A stretch of 64,000 bases of DNA from Octopus sinensis (Eukaryota), in the NCBI RefSeq assembly GCF_006345805.1, contig NC_043012.1, positions 22,692,001-22,756,000 of the forward strand. Reading direction: 5' to 3'. The notes below the pieces were generated by a model. That model was not told the DNA's origin, did no database searches, and worked only from the letters and a program-made list of their open reading frames with translations. Each line of letters starts with the position of its first letter. The stretch's first letter is position 1. Positions 12,266-25,402 of the stretch are shown in pieces. Both the position numbers and the translations under genes were made by a program.

Positions 12266-14319
12266 TGTGTGAGTTGCTTTATGAGTGTGAATATAGGCTG
12301 AGTGCATCTGCTCATTGCCATGCATGTGCTAATGTATGTAAGTACATACATATGCTTGAATGCATGTGTGTGTGTGAGTGTGTGTGTGTTTCATAAAAAT
12401 ATATGTTTATGTTTGCAAAGCGTGTGTTTGCATGTCCGCATACATCTATATGTGAGTGCATATGTGTGTGTGTGTGTGTGTGTGTGAGTGTGTGTAGGTG
12501 GTGAAGGAGGTGGTTGCGAATATGAAAAAAAAAAAAAAAGATGGGAAGATGAAGGGAGAGTATATGAAAATAAAAGAGAGATAATAGCAGGTAGGCTGTA
12601 GATGGAAGATAATACAATATAGAGATATTGAAAGCTTTTTGTTCAGGTGTTGAGATAAATTATAAAGAGTAATAAAAAAAAAACAGAAGTCATGCCCAGT
12701 TTGAGGAGTGATGTTGTTGGACCTCAATGTCGGAAGCATCGACAGGAATAGACTTGCCTTGCTATTCAATGCTAGTGCCAGCTATTCACCAGCAGCACCT
12801 TTATCTAACTGTGTTTATGTGTGTGTGTGTGTGTGTGTGTGTGGAGTGGGGCAGGCAGACACTAATGTTCACACATGTGTGATGTGTGCAGAATATCATC
12901 AACATGCTCCAGTTAGCTTGATTTTGTTGCTTGGTTTCCTACAGAACTTGGAAGCAGGTTCAATCCTGTCTTAAAACCCTGGTAAAACAAAAGGGACAGA
13001 CTGAACAAAAGAAATATAAAAGATGTGTGAACTCCACAAACAACATCACAGGTAACCTGTCTGGTGGGGGGGCGGGGGGGGGAGGGATAACCCCCAAATG
13101 AAAGGTGAGAGAGAGAGAGAGAGGGAGAGAAAAAAGAGAGGGAGAAGGAGAGGCAGTGTGTGTGTGTGTGTGGTGTGTGTTGATACTCTTTAGCTCTATT
13201 ACAGACTTTATAAGTGCTAGTGACATGAAAAAACAAAACTCAATCCACATGCAAAAACAAGGTGGAATAATTTCAAAGCCTGTTTGACCCATATAAAGAT
13301 GCAAAAATAGTAACAAAAATTATGAAGATGAGGATGATAAAGCTGAAGATAACTTAAATCACTCACAAAAGAATCTGCACTTTTGTTCATGAAGGAATAA
13401 AAGAATAGTGTATGGCTTTCTAGGCTCTGATAGGGCAAAATTAGGGCAATTAGCCTTTATTTTAGATTGTTACACAAGTAAATGTGGCTTTTGTTTTGAG
13501 AACAGATGTTAAATTTAACCCAGTCGACCTTGTTCCTACTGAAGCCGGAATGGCATGAATGTCATCGCTGCCAGATTCCCAGTAAAGTGATAATGAACAA
13601 CACAGGTAGAAAAAGAAGATGAAATGCTAAAAATAGACAACTGATCCACATAGAAAGCTTTATGTTAAGTCTGTTGATGGTTCAATATTAATACGGTGTC
13701 CTCCATAGATGTTGTTTATTTTTGTTACAATCAAAATAATAAAAAAAAAAACGATTTTGTAGTGAAACAAGTGTGTAATGAACCCAGTACTTCATCTTGT
13801 TAAGGAGCAAGGCCTAGACTCCTTCTTTGCAGGTGAGGAAATCATTGATGGCATTTATTCTTTGGAGAAAGAGTTTACACTTATGCTGGAAATGATAGTG
13901 ATTTGGACAATTAAACTGGTTTAAGTGATGAGGAAAGTAGTGATTCTGGTGAACAAATATGGTCTTTGAGAGAAGAAAAGCCTGTTATTGCCATTCACTT
14001 GAATTGTGTTTTTTGTGAGTCTGTCCATTTGTTTGCCTGAACTGTATATGTAACTATTTCTGTTTCCACTCAGGAGCCTGGGTGGTGGGTAAAGTTAGAC
14101 ACAAGGGCCCTGGTGTGAGCGGCTTAACCTTATAAGCTTAGTTTGACACTGATATATAATCCTTCAGAGCCTTCAACAGAGGCAACTCTGCTGTTTACTG
14201 TTTAATGTAAGTCAGCAGGTCACTGACCAATTTCTCGTAAGACAATTTCTCTACTGACCAAGGGATCATGCGCAAAACAAAACACGATAAAACGCATTTT
14301 ATATATATATATACTGTTT

Positions 14320-14700
14320 ACCTGTTTCAGTCACTGGGGTACCACCTTGAAGGCTTTAGTCAAACAAATCAACACCAGAAGTTATTTTTTAAGCCTGGTA
14401 CATATTCTATTTGTCCCTTTTGCTGAACTGCTATGCTATGGGGATGCAAACAAACCAACTGTGGTTGTCAAGTGGTGGTGGTGGACAAACGTATGCACAC
14501 AAGTATATTTCGTGTGCACACACACACACCTGCATGCACACAACATTGTGCTTCTTTTGGTCTCTGTCTTCCAGAACTACTTATAAGGCCCTGGTCAGCT
14601 TGAGGTTCTACTAGAAGGTACTTTCACAAGGTATCACACAGTGGACTGAACTTGGAACCATGTGGTTAGGAACCATGCCAACAACTATCCACACATCCAT
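14320..14700 (-). mobile_element. degenerate SINE family E copy
   Basis: Aligns with the 26869-27292 architecture (gtttcagtca...accttgaagg; gtggactgaacttggaaccatgtggtt). Confidence 0.65.
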
Positions 14701-15331
14701 GCTTGCACCAATGTCTGCCCTACCCCCAACACTTGCAAACTGCTGTTGGTTTGTTTACATAACTGTGACTTAGAGGCTCAGCCAAAGAGACCATTATAAT
14801 AAATACCAGGTTTAAAAAGAAAACTGTGTACTGGGGTTGATTTCTTTAACTAAAGCCTTCAAGGCAGTGCCACAGTATGGCTGCAGTCCAATGATTTAAA
14901 CAAGTAAGGCATACGCACATACAAACACAATCTATAGAATCCAATCTTTGGATTTTAGATGACAATCTCAGCTGACCACAATATTTTACAGTCCAAAACC
15001 ATGTCAACTGACCAGTTAATGTAAAGTGATGATCAGTTATGAAAAATAATGATAGCACAGCAATATAATTGAGCCTTGCTTCCTAGAGTAACAATTATAG
15101 TGCAGCATGACCAGTGTTCACAAAGAAAACAACATAATCTGAATTCAGATGAAAGCAATAATTTAGAAGGAGTGCACTTGTGTTGACTGTGATAATAACG
15201 AGTTACTCGTTATCTTACAATCTTCAAGTGGCCACCAAAGAGTAATTTAGTCTGTTCAAGAGAGTCTGTTATACACAGTATCTTGTGATTGGATTTGGTG
15301 GACAGAAACTGAGATATGCTCATCTACTCAT

Positions 15332-15371
<40 letters not shown>

Positions 15372-15379
15372 AATATACA

Positions 15380-15560
15380 TACATAGTTCAAATTTACAGA
15401 AAACGAAAGATGAAGACAGGTGAAGAAACAACAAGCAGGTGTATTAGTTTGATGTTCAAGAAAAATGGAGAGGTCTTTGACATTTTGAGCCTATGCTCTC
15501 CAACAGAAAGGGACGAGAGAAACAAATGGAGAGGGAACAAAAAAAATACCCGAGAGCAAG
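15380..15560 (-). mobile_element. Penelope-type non-autonomous repeat with degenerate hammerhead motif
   Basis: Homologous to 31960-32145; motif at 15475-15510. Confidence 0.55.
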
Positions 15561-15879
15561 TATCATTGAAAATAAAATTTAATTTCAATTAATGATATTT
15601 TTCTTTTGTTTTAGTAAATTTCACATAGCATGTAAAATCATTTTTTAAAAAAATCATAAAAAACATTTATCACATGGTTATCACATATATATCATGTGAT
15701 AAAACATATTTATCATATATATATATATAATATATATATATCATGTGACAGTAGGAAATCTAATTTTCTTTTTACTTAATTTGGTGATGTCAGAAAAATG
15801 AACTGTGAAGAGAAATGTGCCAGAATTATAACGCTTCTTGAAAACATCTCTATGACATGTCAGCAGATGGCAAATTCCA

Positions 15880-16330
15880 TAGAAGTGATCCAAAGCAGTG
15901 TTACATGAATTATTAGGTTGTACAAAAGCGGAGGAAGTGCAAATACTTGATATGAAAATTGTGGTGGCCACAATCATGCATTTGATGAATGTGACCTTTG
16001 TCACAGGAGACAAACTTTGATCCGAAGCCTTCAAAGTACTTCACTTAATGATAAAAACCAGCCTGAACTAACAAGTAATGATGGTTCTTTATGCATTGTC
16101 CAGTGGGCAATGAATGAAGCTAGAATCTGTGCCAGGGTATTTAAACACCAGAACAGGATTGTGAAGCAATGGAAATCTGTCAATGATTTAAATTACAGAT
16201 GGTTGCTCAAATTTTGTTTGATTAGACGGTCATCCATGAACATCGGACCAGGTGTTAACAACACCAAAACATCTGGTGCAAGTAATGGTCTGGGCATGTT
16301 TCATGAGTTTCATGCATTTCATTGCCTGTA
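15880..16330 (+). mobile_element. degenerate Tc1-family transposase relic
   Basis: gtaatggtctgggcatgtttc (16282-16302) = VMVWACF, the Tc1 GGSVMVWGCF motif. An upstream IRLYKSGGS.. HTH-like segment is interrupted by stops and frameshifts. Confidence 0.6.
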
Positions 16331-16442
16331 ATATAGGAGTGCACATTATACATGAGTATAATCTATGCACAAATAAAAACAACAAAAAAAATTAGGTTTG
16401 GCACATTGATATAATTTACCATTCCAAGCAGTTGCAAGAATT

Positions 16443-16659
16443 AGGGTAGACTTAGTTGTATTGTAGGCCCCAGGGCAAATCATTGCATTTAGGCCCAATA
16501 ATATTTATTCATTGACAGAAAGTCACAGCATATATTGTAAGGCCCCATAGGGGGAAATCAATGCACATGGCTCACTGCATACACAGATTAGAATTGAACC
16601 TCTAGATGCTTGGGCCCCTGGGTAACTTCCCAGTGTGCCCATGTCTCAAGATGGTGCTG
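16443..16659. mobile_element. MITE-like element (AGGG..TAAG / TTAAGATGG..CTG termini)
   Basis: Degenerate termini and internal ggcccc motifs shared with 46232-46380 and 47303-47449. Confidence 0.35.
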
Positions 16660-16750
16660 GCAACAATGCAATAATGATGAGTTTCAATTTCCCTGATGCG
16701 ATTCTTTAATGCAATATAACTGAAAGGCTCTCTTACATCCTCTGCCTGTA

Positions 16751-16783
<33 letters not shown>

Positions 16784-17374
16784 ATCTCTTTCACACACAC
16801 ACACATGCAGAGTTTTATTTCTAAATACAATTATCATGTGACACATCTTTTCCCTCTCAATCTTTAAAAAGAGTATTTTTCTCTTCTTCCTCTTTTCACA
16901 AATATATTGTCAGATCTTTTTTTTTTTCTTCTTTTTTTCCCCCCTACATTTCATCAAATTATCTCCCTTGTGATTAGAAGAATAGTTTCTGGCCATATTC
17001 AAAATACGGAACACATTTACATACAATTCCAGCTACCAATATGATTTATAGAATGGTTAATAACGAGAAAAATGAATGTGTATAAGACATAATTCAGACT
17101 TTAAATAAAAATCAGAACCAAAATAAACACAGTAACTGCCAAACACTTTATATCACCACCAACAGGAAATGTGTGTCAGTCACCGATGATTCTGGATACA
17201 AGAGAGTTATCACGGCGCTGTTTCTGTGAGATTCAAGTAGCTCTTCTTTAAGAGCAAGATCAATTTCATCTATTCCTTGCTTCAACGGCTTGATGATATC
17301 ATTGAGGTATTTAAGGAGATGAAGCAGACAATCGGCAAAGTCATTGCATGCCATAACTGTCACCAAGTACTTAC

Positions 17375-17444
17375 TTTCAACGAGATGTTGTCCGTTCTAA
17401 ATATAATGCCTTGGTGAAAGTCAGTAATCTCAGAAATCAAACAT
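17375..17444 (-). CDS. candidate 70-bp internal coding exon, product unknown (CLISEITDFHQGIIFRTDNISLK)
   Basis: Long polypyrimidine tract ending ttttcaag, perfect gtaagt donor (17369-17374), and only one open frame. Confidence 0.4.
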
Positions 17445-19063
17445 CTTGAAAAATAAAAATAAAAAAGATAAAAATATAAAAAAAAAAAGAAGAAGGAAAA
17501 GAAGAAAAAAAAAAAGAAATTCTTAACTAACTACCTATTTTAGTAATCTGTTACTGCTGCTGCTGCTACGAGCTGTCTGGAGATTTGTCAAATGTAATAT
17601 CACTTGAGAATGGATAAGGCAGCTTCTTCTTCGGCAAGCTGAAACTAGATGCTAAATGCAGTAATTGCCACAAGCTGCACTACTTGCATGTAAATGTATG
17701 CCAACAACTTTCTTGTGGCTATCAGAGAATATTAAGATACCAAAGCAGCATTTTACTTTCTGATTTCATTTTCATTTCTCTCTCTCATTCTCTCTCTCTG
17801 CCAGTCTCCCCATCTCTCTCTATCTCTTTTACTGACTGTCTCTTCCTCTTTCTCTTTCATATCTGTACATAATGATAGTTAAGGTATCAGCATGCTAGTA
17901 GTGCCGATGGATAACCATTTTCCAAATTATTCTTCACTTATGGACATATACTGCTACAATTCTATGAGAGCATTGTGTAGTTATTGAGATACCACAGTTC
18001 TGATAACGGTAATTATATCAAAGACTGACAAGGCTTATTTTAGCTGTGTTTTGTGTCCTACCACTCCAGATTGCTATCTGGACACATACTATAAATGTGG
18101 GACAGATAAAATAATTGTTCTAGTACTCACTGAACTTCCAATTAATAAAGGTAAGGAATTCCACAAAGAGAGAAGAATGTGCTAGCATGGGAACTTCTGT
18201 GCAGACATTGCTCTGTTAAAAATAACAACCAAATTCTATCAAAATGCATCATATAGTCTTAAAATCTGATGGAGACATTGGTGATTATTCTTTTTTTTTT
18301 TTTCTTGAATCCAATGAGTAACAAGGTTGGAACTTCACTCAGTTGCCATAACATATAAATGAATGACGCTAAAATACTCCCCCACTCTGAACAGGATGAT
18401 GGTCCAGTGCTAGGTTAACTCCGCAGCTATTGTTGGAGCTCCTTTACAGCTGAGCAGACTGAGGCAACATGAAATAAATTGCTATTTTCAAGAATGCAAT
18501 GCATTACAGTCCAGAAAATGAAACCATGATCTTGTAAATTTAGCAGAGGAGACTCAGACTCGAGTCTGTCATGAGTTGCTTGTAGAGTCATCAGAGTTTA
18601 TAACCCAGTTTCAAGGGCATTCAAGTGTTCCATCACAACATTAACTTCCCAGCTATTGTTGAATGGACTTCCCAGTTATTGTGAGATGAAGTGTATTGCT
18701 CAAGAACACAATGCACGGACCTTTCTTGAAATTGAATCCATGATCTTACAATTCTGAGTACAACACCTTAACCACCAGGCTATGTTCCTTTATGTTGGTT
18801 TATATAGTCATAGATATATATATATATCTTTTTGTTTTTTTGAATGGTGAATCTTGATGCAGATAAAGCTATAAATAATAACATGGAAATATTGAATTAA
18901 AAAGCCCTTTAGATAGAAAAAGCCAAAAGGTGCCCTTGGGACTTGAACCAACATCTCTTGTAAACATGACAAGTATTCTACTTTTGGACCAAAGTAATCC
19001 TTTGAATTTCTCTAGCCATTTATAGAAACTTTATTCTTGCTAGTGAGAATTGTATGTCTTTGA

Positions 19064-19445
19064 TCATCATCGTTTAACGTCCGTTCTCCATGCTAGCATG
19101 GGTTGGACGGTTCGACTGGGGATCTGGGAAGCCAGAAGGCTGCACCAGGATCCAGTCTGATCTGGCAGTGTTTCTACAGCTTGATGCCCTTCCTAATGCC
19201 AACCACTCCGTGAGTGTAGTGGGTGCTTTTTACGTGCCACCTGCACAGGTGCCAGGCGAGGCTGGCAACAGCCACGATTGGATTGGTGCATTTTACGTGC
19301 CACCGGCACGGAAGCCAGTCAAGGCAGCACTGGCATCGGCCACGATTCGGATGGTGCCTTTTACATGCCACCGGCACAGCAGCCAGTCGAGGCGACGCTG
19401 GCATCGTCCACGATTCGGATAGCACTTTTTCGGCCATGATTCGGA
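19064..19445 (-). mobile_element. SINE family D copy (3 units plus partial)
   Basis: High identity to 3214-3660. Confidence 0.85.
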
Positions 19446-20479
19446 TAAAGAAAACTTGAGAAATTCTGAGAACGTGAAGTAATTCATGTTTACAGGAGAT
19501 GTGGTTTTGGGACCCACAGATAGCCTTTAACTTTTCCAATCCAAAGGGTTCTTAACCCAATATTTACATAGTATTCACAGAAATGGTAAATTGTTTACAG
19601 CACAAAAGAAATCAGTCTAAATTTGCTTAAATAATATTTGAGATGCCCTATCTTTACTAAATATAGAAGTAGATGTGTAATGTAAAATTAATTTTGAGGA
19701 TCTGATCAAAGACTTTGCAATTAAAAAAAAGGAGAAAATTTTTCAAATATAAAATGGAAGTATACAAGAATAAATGTTATTTTGCATCTGACTGATGGTT
19801 TTGTTTCATTTTGAAAAAAATATAAATTTATTTTATGGTTTATTATTGTTTATATTTTGAATTACCATCCAGCCATAGAAACCATACCAAATCAGACTGG
19901 AGTCTGGTGCAGCCCTCCAGCTGCCCAGCCCTGGTCAAACCATCCAACTCATGCCAGCATGGACAATGGACATTAGATGATGATGACGATGATGAGGGGG
20001 GCATCAAAACCATGTAAGTGCTTAGGGCCTCTTTGGGTCTTAATCTGGCCTTACTAGACACAGACTTTTTAAAGAATGCAAAAATAAAATAAAACAAAAA
20101 TAAAAAATTCATTGGATGATTAAAGAAAAAAAAAACATAATGATACTAACATTATAAGAAAGGTTGCTAACCCCCCCCAAAGTATATTCCCCAAACACTA
20201 AGAGCATACTATAAAACATCTATAAGCATTTGAAAGCAGAAACAGAAGTATTAAAAAATGAACTGAGATGATAGGCGGATGTATAGCATGCAATAAAATC
20301 ATGAACATTCAGTCTGGTGGGAAAGAAAGTGGGAAGAAGTTAGGAAATTATTCAACAGAATTATTATTGGTCGAACGAACCAAGCTCAATAGAAGATGAT
20401 GCATGAGTATTGGGACTGGAACTGGAAACGGTTATTTTGTTTTGGTTTCCATTTAATTGCAAGTTCATACACACACACA

Positions 20480-20499
20480 CACACACACATGTATGTATG

Positions 20500-20556
<57 letters not shown>

Positions 20557-20578
20557 ATATATATATAATATATATATA

Positions 20579-20617
<39 letters not shown>

Positions 20618-20960
20618 TATATATAAATATAAATATATATATAATATATACACACACACATACACCCACATATATACACAAATATCTACACTCATATTCA
20701 CATATATTTATATCATCATTGTCATTGTTTAATGTCGGCTTTATATATATATACATATATATATGTATATATATATATATATATACATATATACACATAA
20801 GTATACAAATCATATACAAATCCAAGTGTGTATACATACACATACATACATATATATATATATATATACACACACACATATGTATACCTATGAATTATGT
20901 GTGTATATATATGTATTCACATATGCACTCACATACATACATACATATCTCTCCCTCTCT
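20480..20960. repeat. compound (TA)n/(CA)n microsatellite tract
   Basis: Direct reading. Confidence 0.95.
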
Positions 20961-21261
20961 CTCTCTCTATATATATATATACATCCACACAAATTTATTT
21001 TAAGTGCTGTTTCTCTGATTTATTTATTTTTGGAAGGGTATCTTTCAAGTACATTTAATTGAAGCCATGCATTTTTTTTTTATCAGAGCTAAGTATAACT
21101 TGACTGAACCAGGTTTATATTGACTAAAGCAAAGGACTTGCGAACACATGCACTTGCACACAGATGAATGTGCATACATAAATACACACATATGCATTTT
21201 ATATATGTATATATATATATGTATATATAAATAAAATGTGTGTGTGTATTTATGCATGCAC

Positions 21262-21302
<41 letters not shown>

Positions 21303-21895
21303 AAATACAAAATAGGACAAGAATGCAATATATATACACACACACACACATATATTCTCCATAGATTATGCATACTTCTAATGAAGAGAATCACAACTGC
21401 ATGAAGATTTAGTTCTTCCCTGCCATACACCTTGCTCTGAATAACCTTCAGTACTGATTTGAATAACCTCCCATCTGCTCTGAATAACCTTTAATAACTG
21501 CTTCCCTCGATGTTCAGCAGAGAAACTAATATACTTAAAAAAAAATTTTTTAAACATGAAAGTGGGACCAGCCGTAACTCATCTTTATCTTTTTTCTAAT
21601 ATTTAAATAGATGTAAGATAACTAATTATCTCAATTGCAATGTATTCAATGTGTAGCAGTTACGGAAGGTTTGGAACTACTCCTTTAGGCATAGACATGT
21701 TAGGCTGTATGAAGTACAAGTGTGGTAGAGGCGATACATGTAAAACGTCTAAGCATCAAATCACATACATATATACACGTCTGTTTGAGTAAACATTACA
21801 CACACACACCTGTACACAACTTTATATATATGTGTGTGTGTATGAGTATATATATATATATCTACACACACACATATATATATATATATACACAG

Positions 21896-22127
21896 AAGGC
21901 GGTGAGCTGGCAGAAATGTCAGCACGCCGGGCGAAATGCGTAGCCGTATTTCATCTGCCGTTACATTCTGAGTTGAAATTCTGCCGAGGTCGACTTTGCC
22001 TTTCATCCTTTCGGGGTCGATAAATAAAGTACCAGTTACGCACTGGGGTTGATGTAATCGAATTAATCCCTTTGTCTGTCCTTGTTTGTCCCCTCTATGT
22101 TTAGCCCCTTGTGGGCAGTAAAGAAAT
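21896..22127 (+). mobile_element. young SINE family C copy inserted in a TA microsatellite
   Basis: aaggcggtgagctggcagaa head, ttctgagttgaaattc B box, cctttcatcctttcggggtcgataaataaagtacc core; CpG-rich. Confidence 0.9.
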
Positions 22128-22391
22128 ATATATATATACACACACATATATATATATATATATATCTATATATCTATCTACCTACCTATCTATCTATCTA
22201 TCAATATATATATATATATATATATATAATGCTTGTTTGTATGTTGAGTTATAATGAAAACAATTTGACATTAAACTGGAGAATTGGTCAATAGATTCTA
22301 CAGATTACATATTTATCATTCTTTTACAAGAATAGAGTTGAAGGCAAAGCTGGCTGCAACTTCGAAGTCACTGTCAACAGTGTGTGCATGT

Positions 22392-22524
22392 ATTAATGAC
22401 AGCTTGACTCAGCTCCATGCAACTACAATTTCATAGGCCCATAGAACAAGCCTATCTCATCGGGCATCTAGAGACAACCTGATGAAATAGGTTCATTCTA
22501 TAAGCCTATGAGGCTGTTATTAAA
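22392..22524. repeat. inverted repeat with head-to-head degenerate hammerhead motifs
   Basis: ttcataggcccatagaacaagcctatctcatcggg pairs with cctgatgaaataggttcattctataagcctatgag; outer taatgacagc/gctgttatta also pair. Confidence 0.65.
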
Positions 22525-23052
22525 TAACATACATGACTCTTACCAAAATAAACTGAGAGCCTCTTTCTTTTATTTGTCCACTCACTTGTGTGTGTGTGTG
22601 TGATAAATTGCAAAGTTTATATTATTAGTCCATGCATACATTTCACTATGGTTGTTTGGAACCCTGCACTGGATGTTCCAAGTGCATTTGGAAGCTTAGC
22701 CAGAATGGCTCATCAGGGAACATTTTATTGCATTAAGCTACAGAGAACTGATGTCAAGAGTTGGGTTGATGGTAAGGTATTTTATATGTATTTTGATAAG
22801 GAAATAGAAGGAAAGTAACTGGCAGGGAAAGAAAAAAGGTGGACTAAGAAACAACAGAGAGAGAGAGTGAAAGAGAGGCAGACAAGACAGAGAATAAAGT
22901 GAGAAATGCCTCCCCATCTCCACAACTCTTACCATTAGTTCTCTGTGAATGAATGCCATGAAGTGTTTCCTTGATAATCTGTCCTGGTGAAGAATACAAA
23001 TGTACTCGGAGCATCCAAAGCAGGCTTCTAAGCAACTACAAGGGTGAAACAT

Positions 23053-23540
23053 CATCATCATCGTTTAATGTCTGTTTTCCGTGCTAGCATGGGTTGGATG
23101 GTTTGAATGGGGTCTGGGAAGCCAGGAGGCTGCACCAGGCTTCAGTCTGATCTGGGAGTGTTTCTACAGCTGGATGCCCTTCCTAATGCCAACCACTCTG
23201 TGAGTGTAGTGGGTGCTTTTTACGTGCCAGGGGAAGCTGGCAGTGGCCACGATCGGTTGGTGCTTTTTACGTGCCACCGGCACAGAAGCCAGTCAAGGCG
23301 GCACTGGCATCGGCCACATTCGGATGGTGCTTTTTACGTGCCACCGGCACAGAAGCCAGTCAAGGTGGCCCTGGCATCGGCCACATTCAGATGGTGCTTT
23401 TTACGTGCCACCGGCACAGGTATCACAACTACAATTTCCATTTGATGTTGATGTACTTGACTCAATAGGTCTCCTCAAGCACAGCAGGTCATGTGCCACC
23501 AGCACAGAAGCCAGTCAAGGCAGCACTGGCATCAGCCATG
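23053..23540 (-). mobile_element. SINE family D copy (4-5 units)
   Basis: Same tail, core and tandem units as 3214-3660. Confidence 0.85.
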
Positions 23541-23756
23541 TTTGGACATACTTAAGAATTAATAATATAAACATGCATTTATTGTAGTTTCACCATTTAC
23601 CTGGAACTTCATAATTAGTAATACTGCTAAGTAAAGTAGTTGCTTAATTACTTATACCAGAAGCAGGCTGGAACATGGTAAACTATGGGAAGCTCCAAAC
23701 TTAACACTAACGGTCATACATCTATTTGTACACACAAGATTTACTATATTCTTTGA

Positions 23757-24180
23757 TGTGTTTCAGTCATTTGACTACAGTCATGCTGGAGCACCACCTT
23801 TAGTCGAGCAAATCGACACCAGGGCTTATTCTTTGTAAGCCTAGTACTTATTCTATCAGTCTCTTTTGCTGAACTGCTAAGTTACAGGTATGTAAATACA
23901 CCAGCATTGGTTGTCAAGCGATGTTGGTGGGAGACAAACATACATACATATTTATATATATATGACAGGCAACATACACACACACGCACACACACACATA
24001 TATATGTATATATATACATACATACAACGGGCTTCTTCCAGTTTCTGCCTACCAAATCCACTCACAAGGCTTTGGTCAGCCCAAGGCTATAGTAGAAGAC
24101 AGATGCCCAAGGTTCCATGCAGTGAGACTGAACCCGGAACCATGTGGTTGGTAAGAAAGTGGCTTACCACAAGCCACTCA
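23757..24180 (-). mobile_element. SINE family E copy
   Basis: Aligns end to end with 26869-27292. Confidence 0.85.
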
Positions 24181-24350
24181 TAATTTCCAGGATGCAATGG
24201 AATCAAGTTATTCAAATAATAAAGGCATTTTGCTTTAGCAAAATTGAAAAAAAGGTGGTTGCCATAATTTTGAGACACCTGTGTATATACATATATAAGT
24301 AAATATGTGAATGTGTATATATATATATATAATATATATATATATATATA

Positions 24351-24627
24351 CTGGAGTAAGCACGTAAATGTGAAACAAGGTGGTATAAAAGAGTACTCAA
24401 ATACAAGAGGTAGAGTAATATGCTTTATTTAAAAGCAGTAGAAATATCACAAAGACTGTTACATAGAGTTTCACGTTCCCATTTGTCAGACTGATGAATG
24501 GGAATGTGAAACTCTGAGTAACAGTTTTGAGATATTTCTACTGCTTTTAAATAAAGCATATTACTTTACCTCTTGTATTTGAGTACTCTTTTATACCACC
24601 TTGTTTCACACTTATATGCTTACTCCA

Positions 24628-24628
<1 letters not shown>
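24351..24628. mobile_element. 278-bp palindromic element in (TA)n, with hammerhead motifs at the axis
   Basis: Arms of ~139 bp from ctggagtaagcac to tgcttactccag; axis tcagactga at 24490. Confidence 0.9.
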
Positions 24629-24661
<33 letters not shown>

Positions 24662-25336
24662 TACAAAGAGAGAATGAAAGATAGAGTGTGAAAGAGAGGC
24701 ATATAATAACGCAGAGAAGACATAAATGAAAATGTAATAAATAATGTCATAAATAATTTGTTGTACAATTACAATCAAGGTGTTGCCAATAATGCATTAG
24801 ATACCTTTATCTTGCTGAGATTCAGAATAGTAAAAAAAAATTGTGTCGCAGCAAAAAATATGGTTATTCTTGAAAAGAAAATGCTGTAGAAAGAAAATGC
24901 TGTTTATGAAAGTTTTCTTTGTAATGAAAGAAATATACAAAATTCTGGGATTCTTTTAGCTTCCAACATAAAAAAGATAGAGAGAGAGAAAAGGAAAGAA
25001 ATGGATCTAGAAGAACTATAAAGAATGGTTTTGAAAACTTCAAGGGTAAGGAACAGGGTACCCTGAAGGAAATATAAAGGAGTTCTTTTGATAATTAATA
25101 AAGAATGACATGAAAGGGTGATGGTTCTGAAGTTAGGGAAAAGCAAATATTTCTTTGGTTTTAGACTGTAAAATATTATATAAGAAAATATCTAAATGTT
25201 GATGAATATATTACATTTTAGTGAAGACAAGAATTTTACTTTGGAATATTGTAGAAATACCTGAGCTAAAAATTGAGAAGAAAATGTTCCAAGAATGTTG
25301 ACAAGAAATTAAATATACATACATACACACGCACAC

Positions 25337-25402
<66 letters not shown>

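Noticed and set aside
13516-14250. TTAACCC start and acidic ORF fragments suggesting piggyBac
   Set aside because: No matching right TIR/TTAA or catalytic motif located.
15195-15213. Perfect 8-bp hairpin ataacgag-tta-ctcgttat
   Set aside because: Short, isolated, with no element boundary; expected by chance at this scale.
17148-17366. Loose resemblance of VTVMACNDFADCLLHLLKYL to an ATG2 segment
   Set aside because: A short match by eye only; insufficient to assign a gene symbol.
20364-20879. Long ORFs rich in YI/CV/HT (also 41362-41851, 33988-34324 and many others)
   Set aside because: Translations of (TA)n, (TG)n and (CA)n microsatellites, which lack stop codons; not coding evidence.
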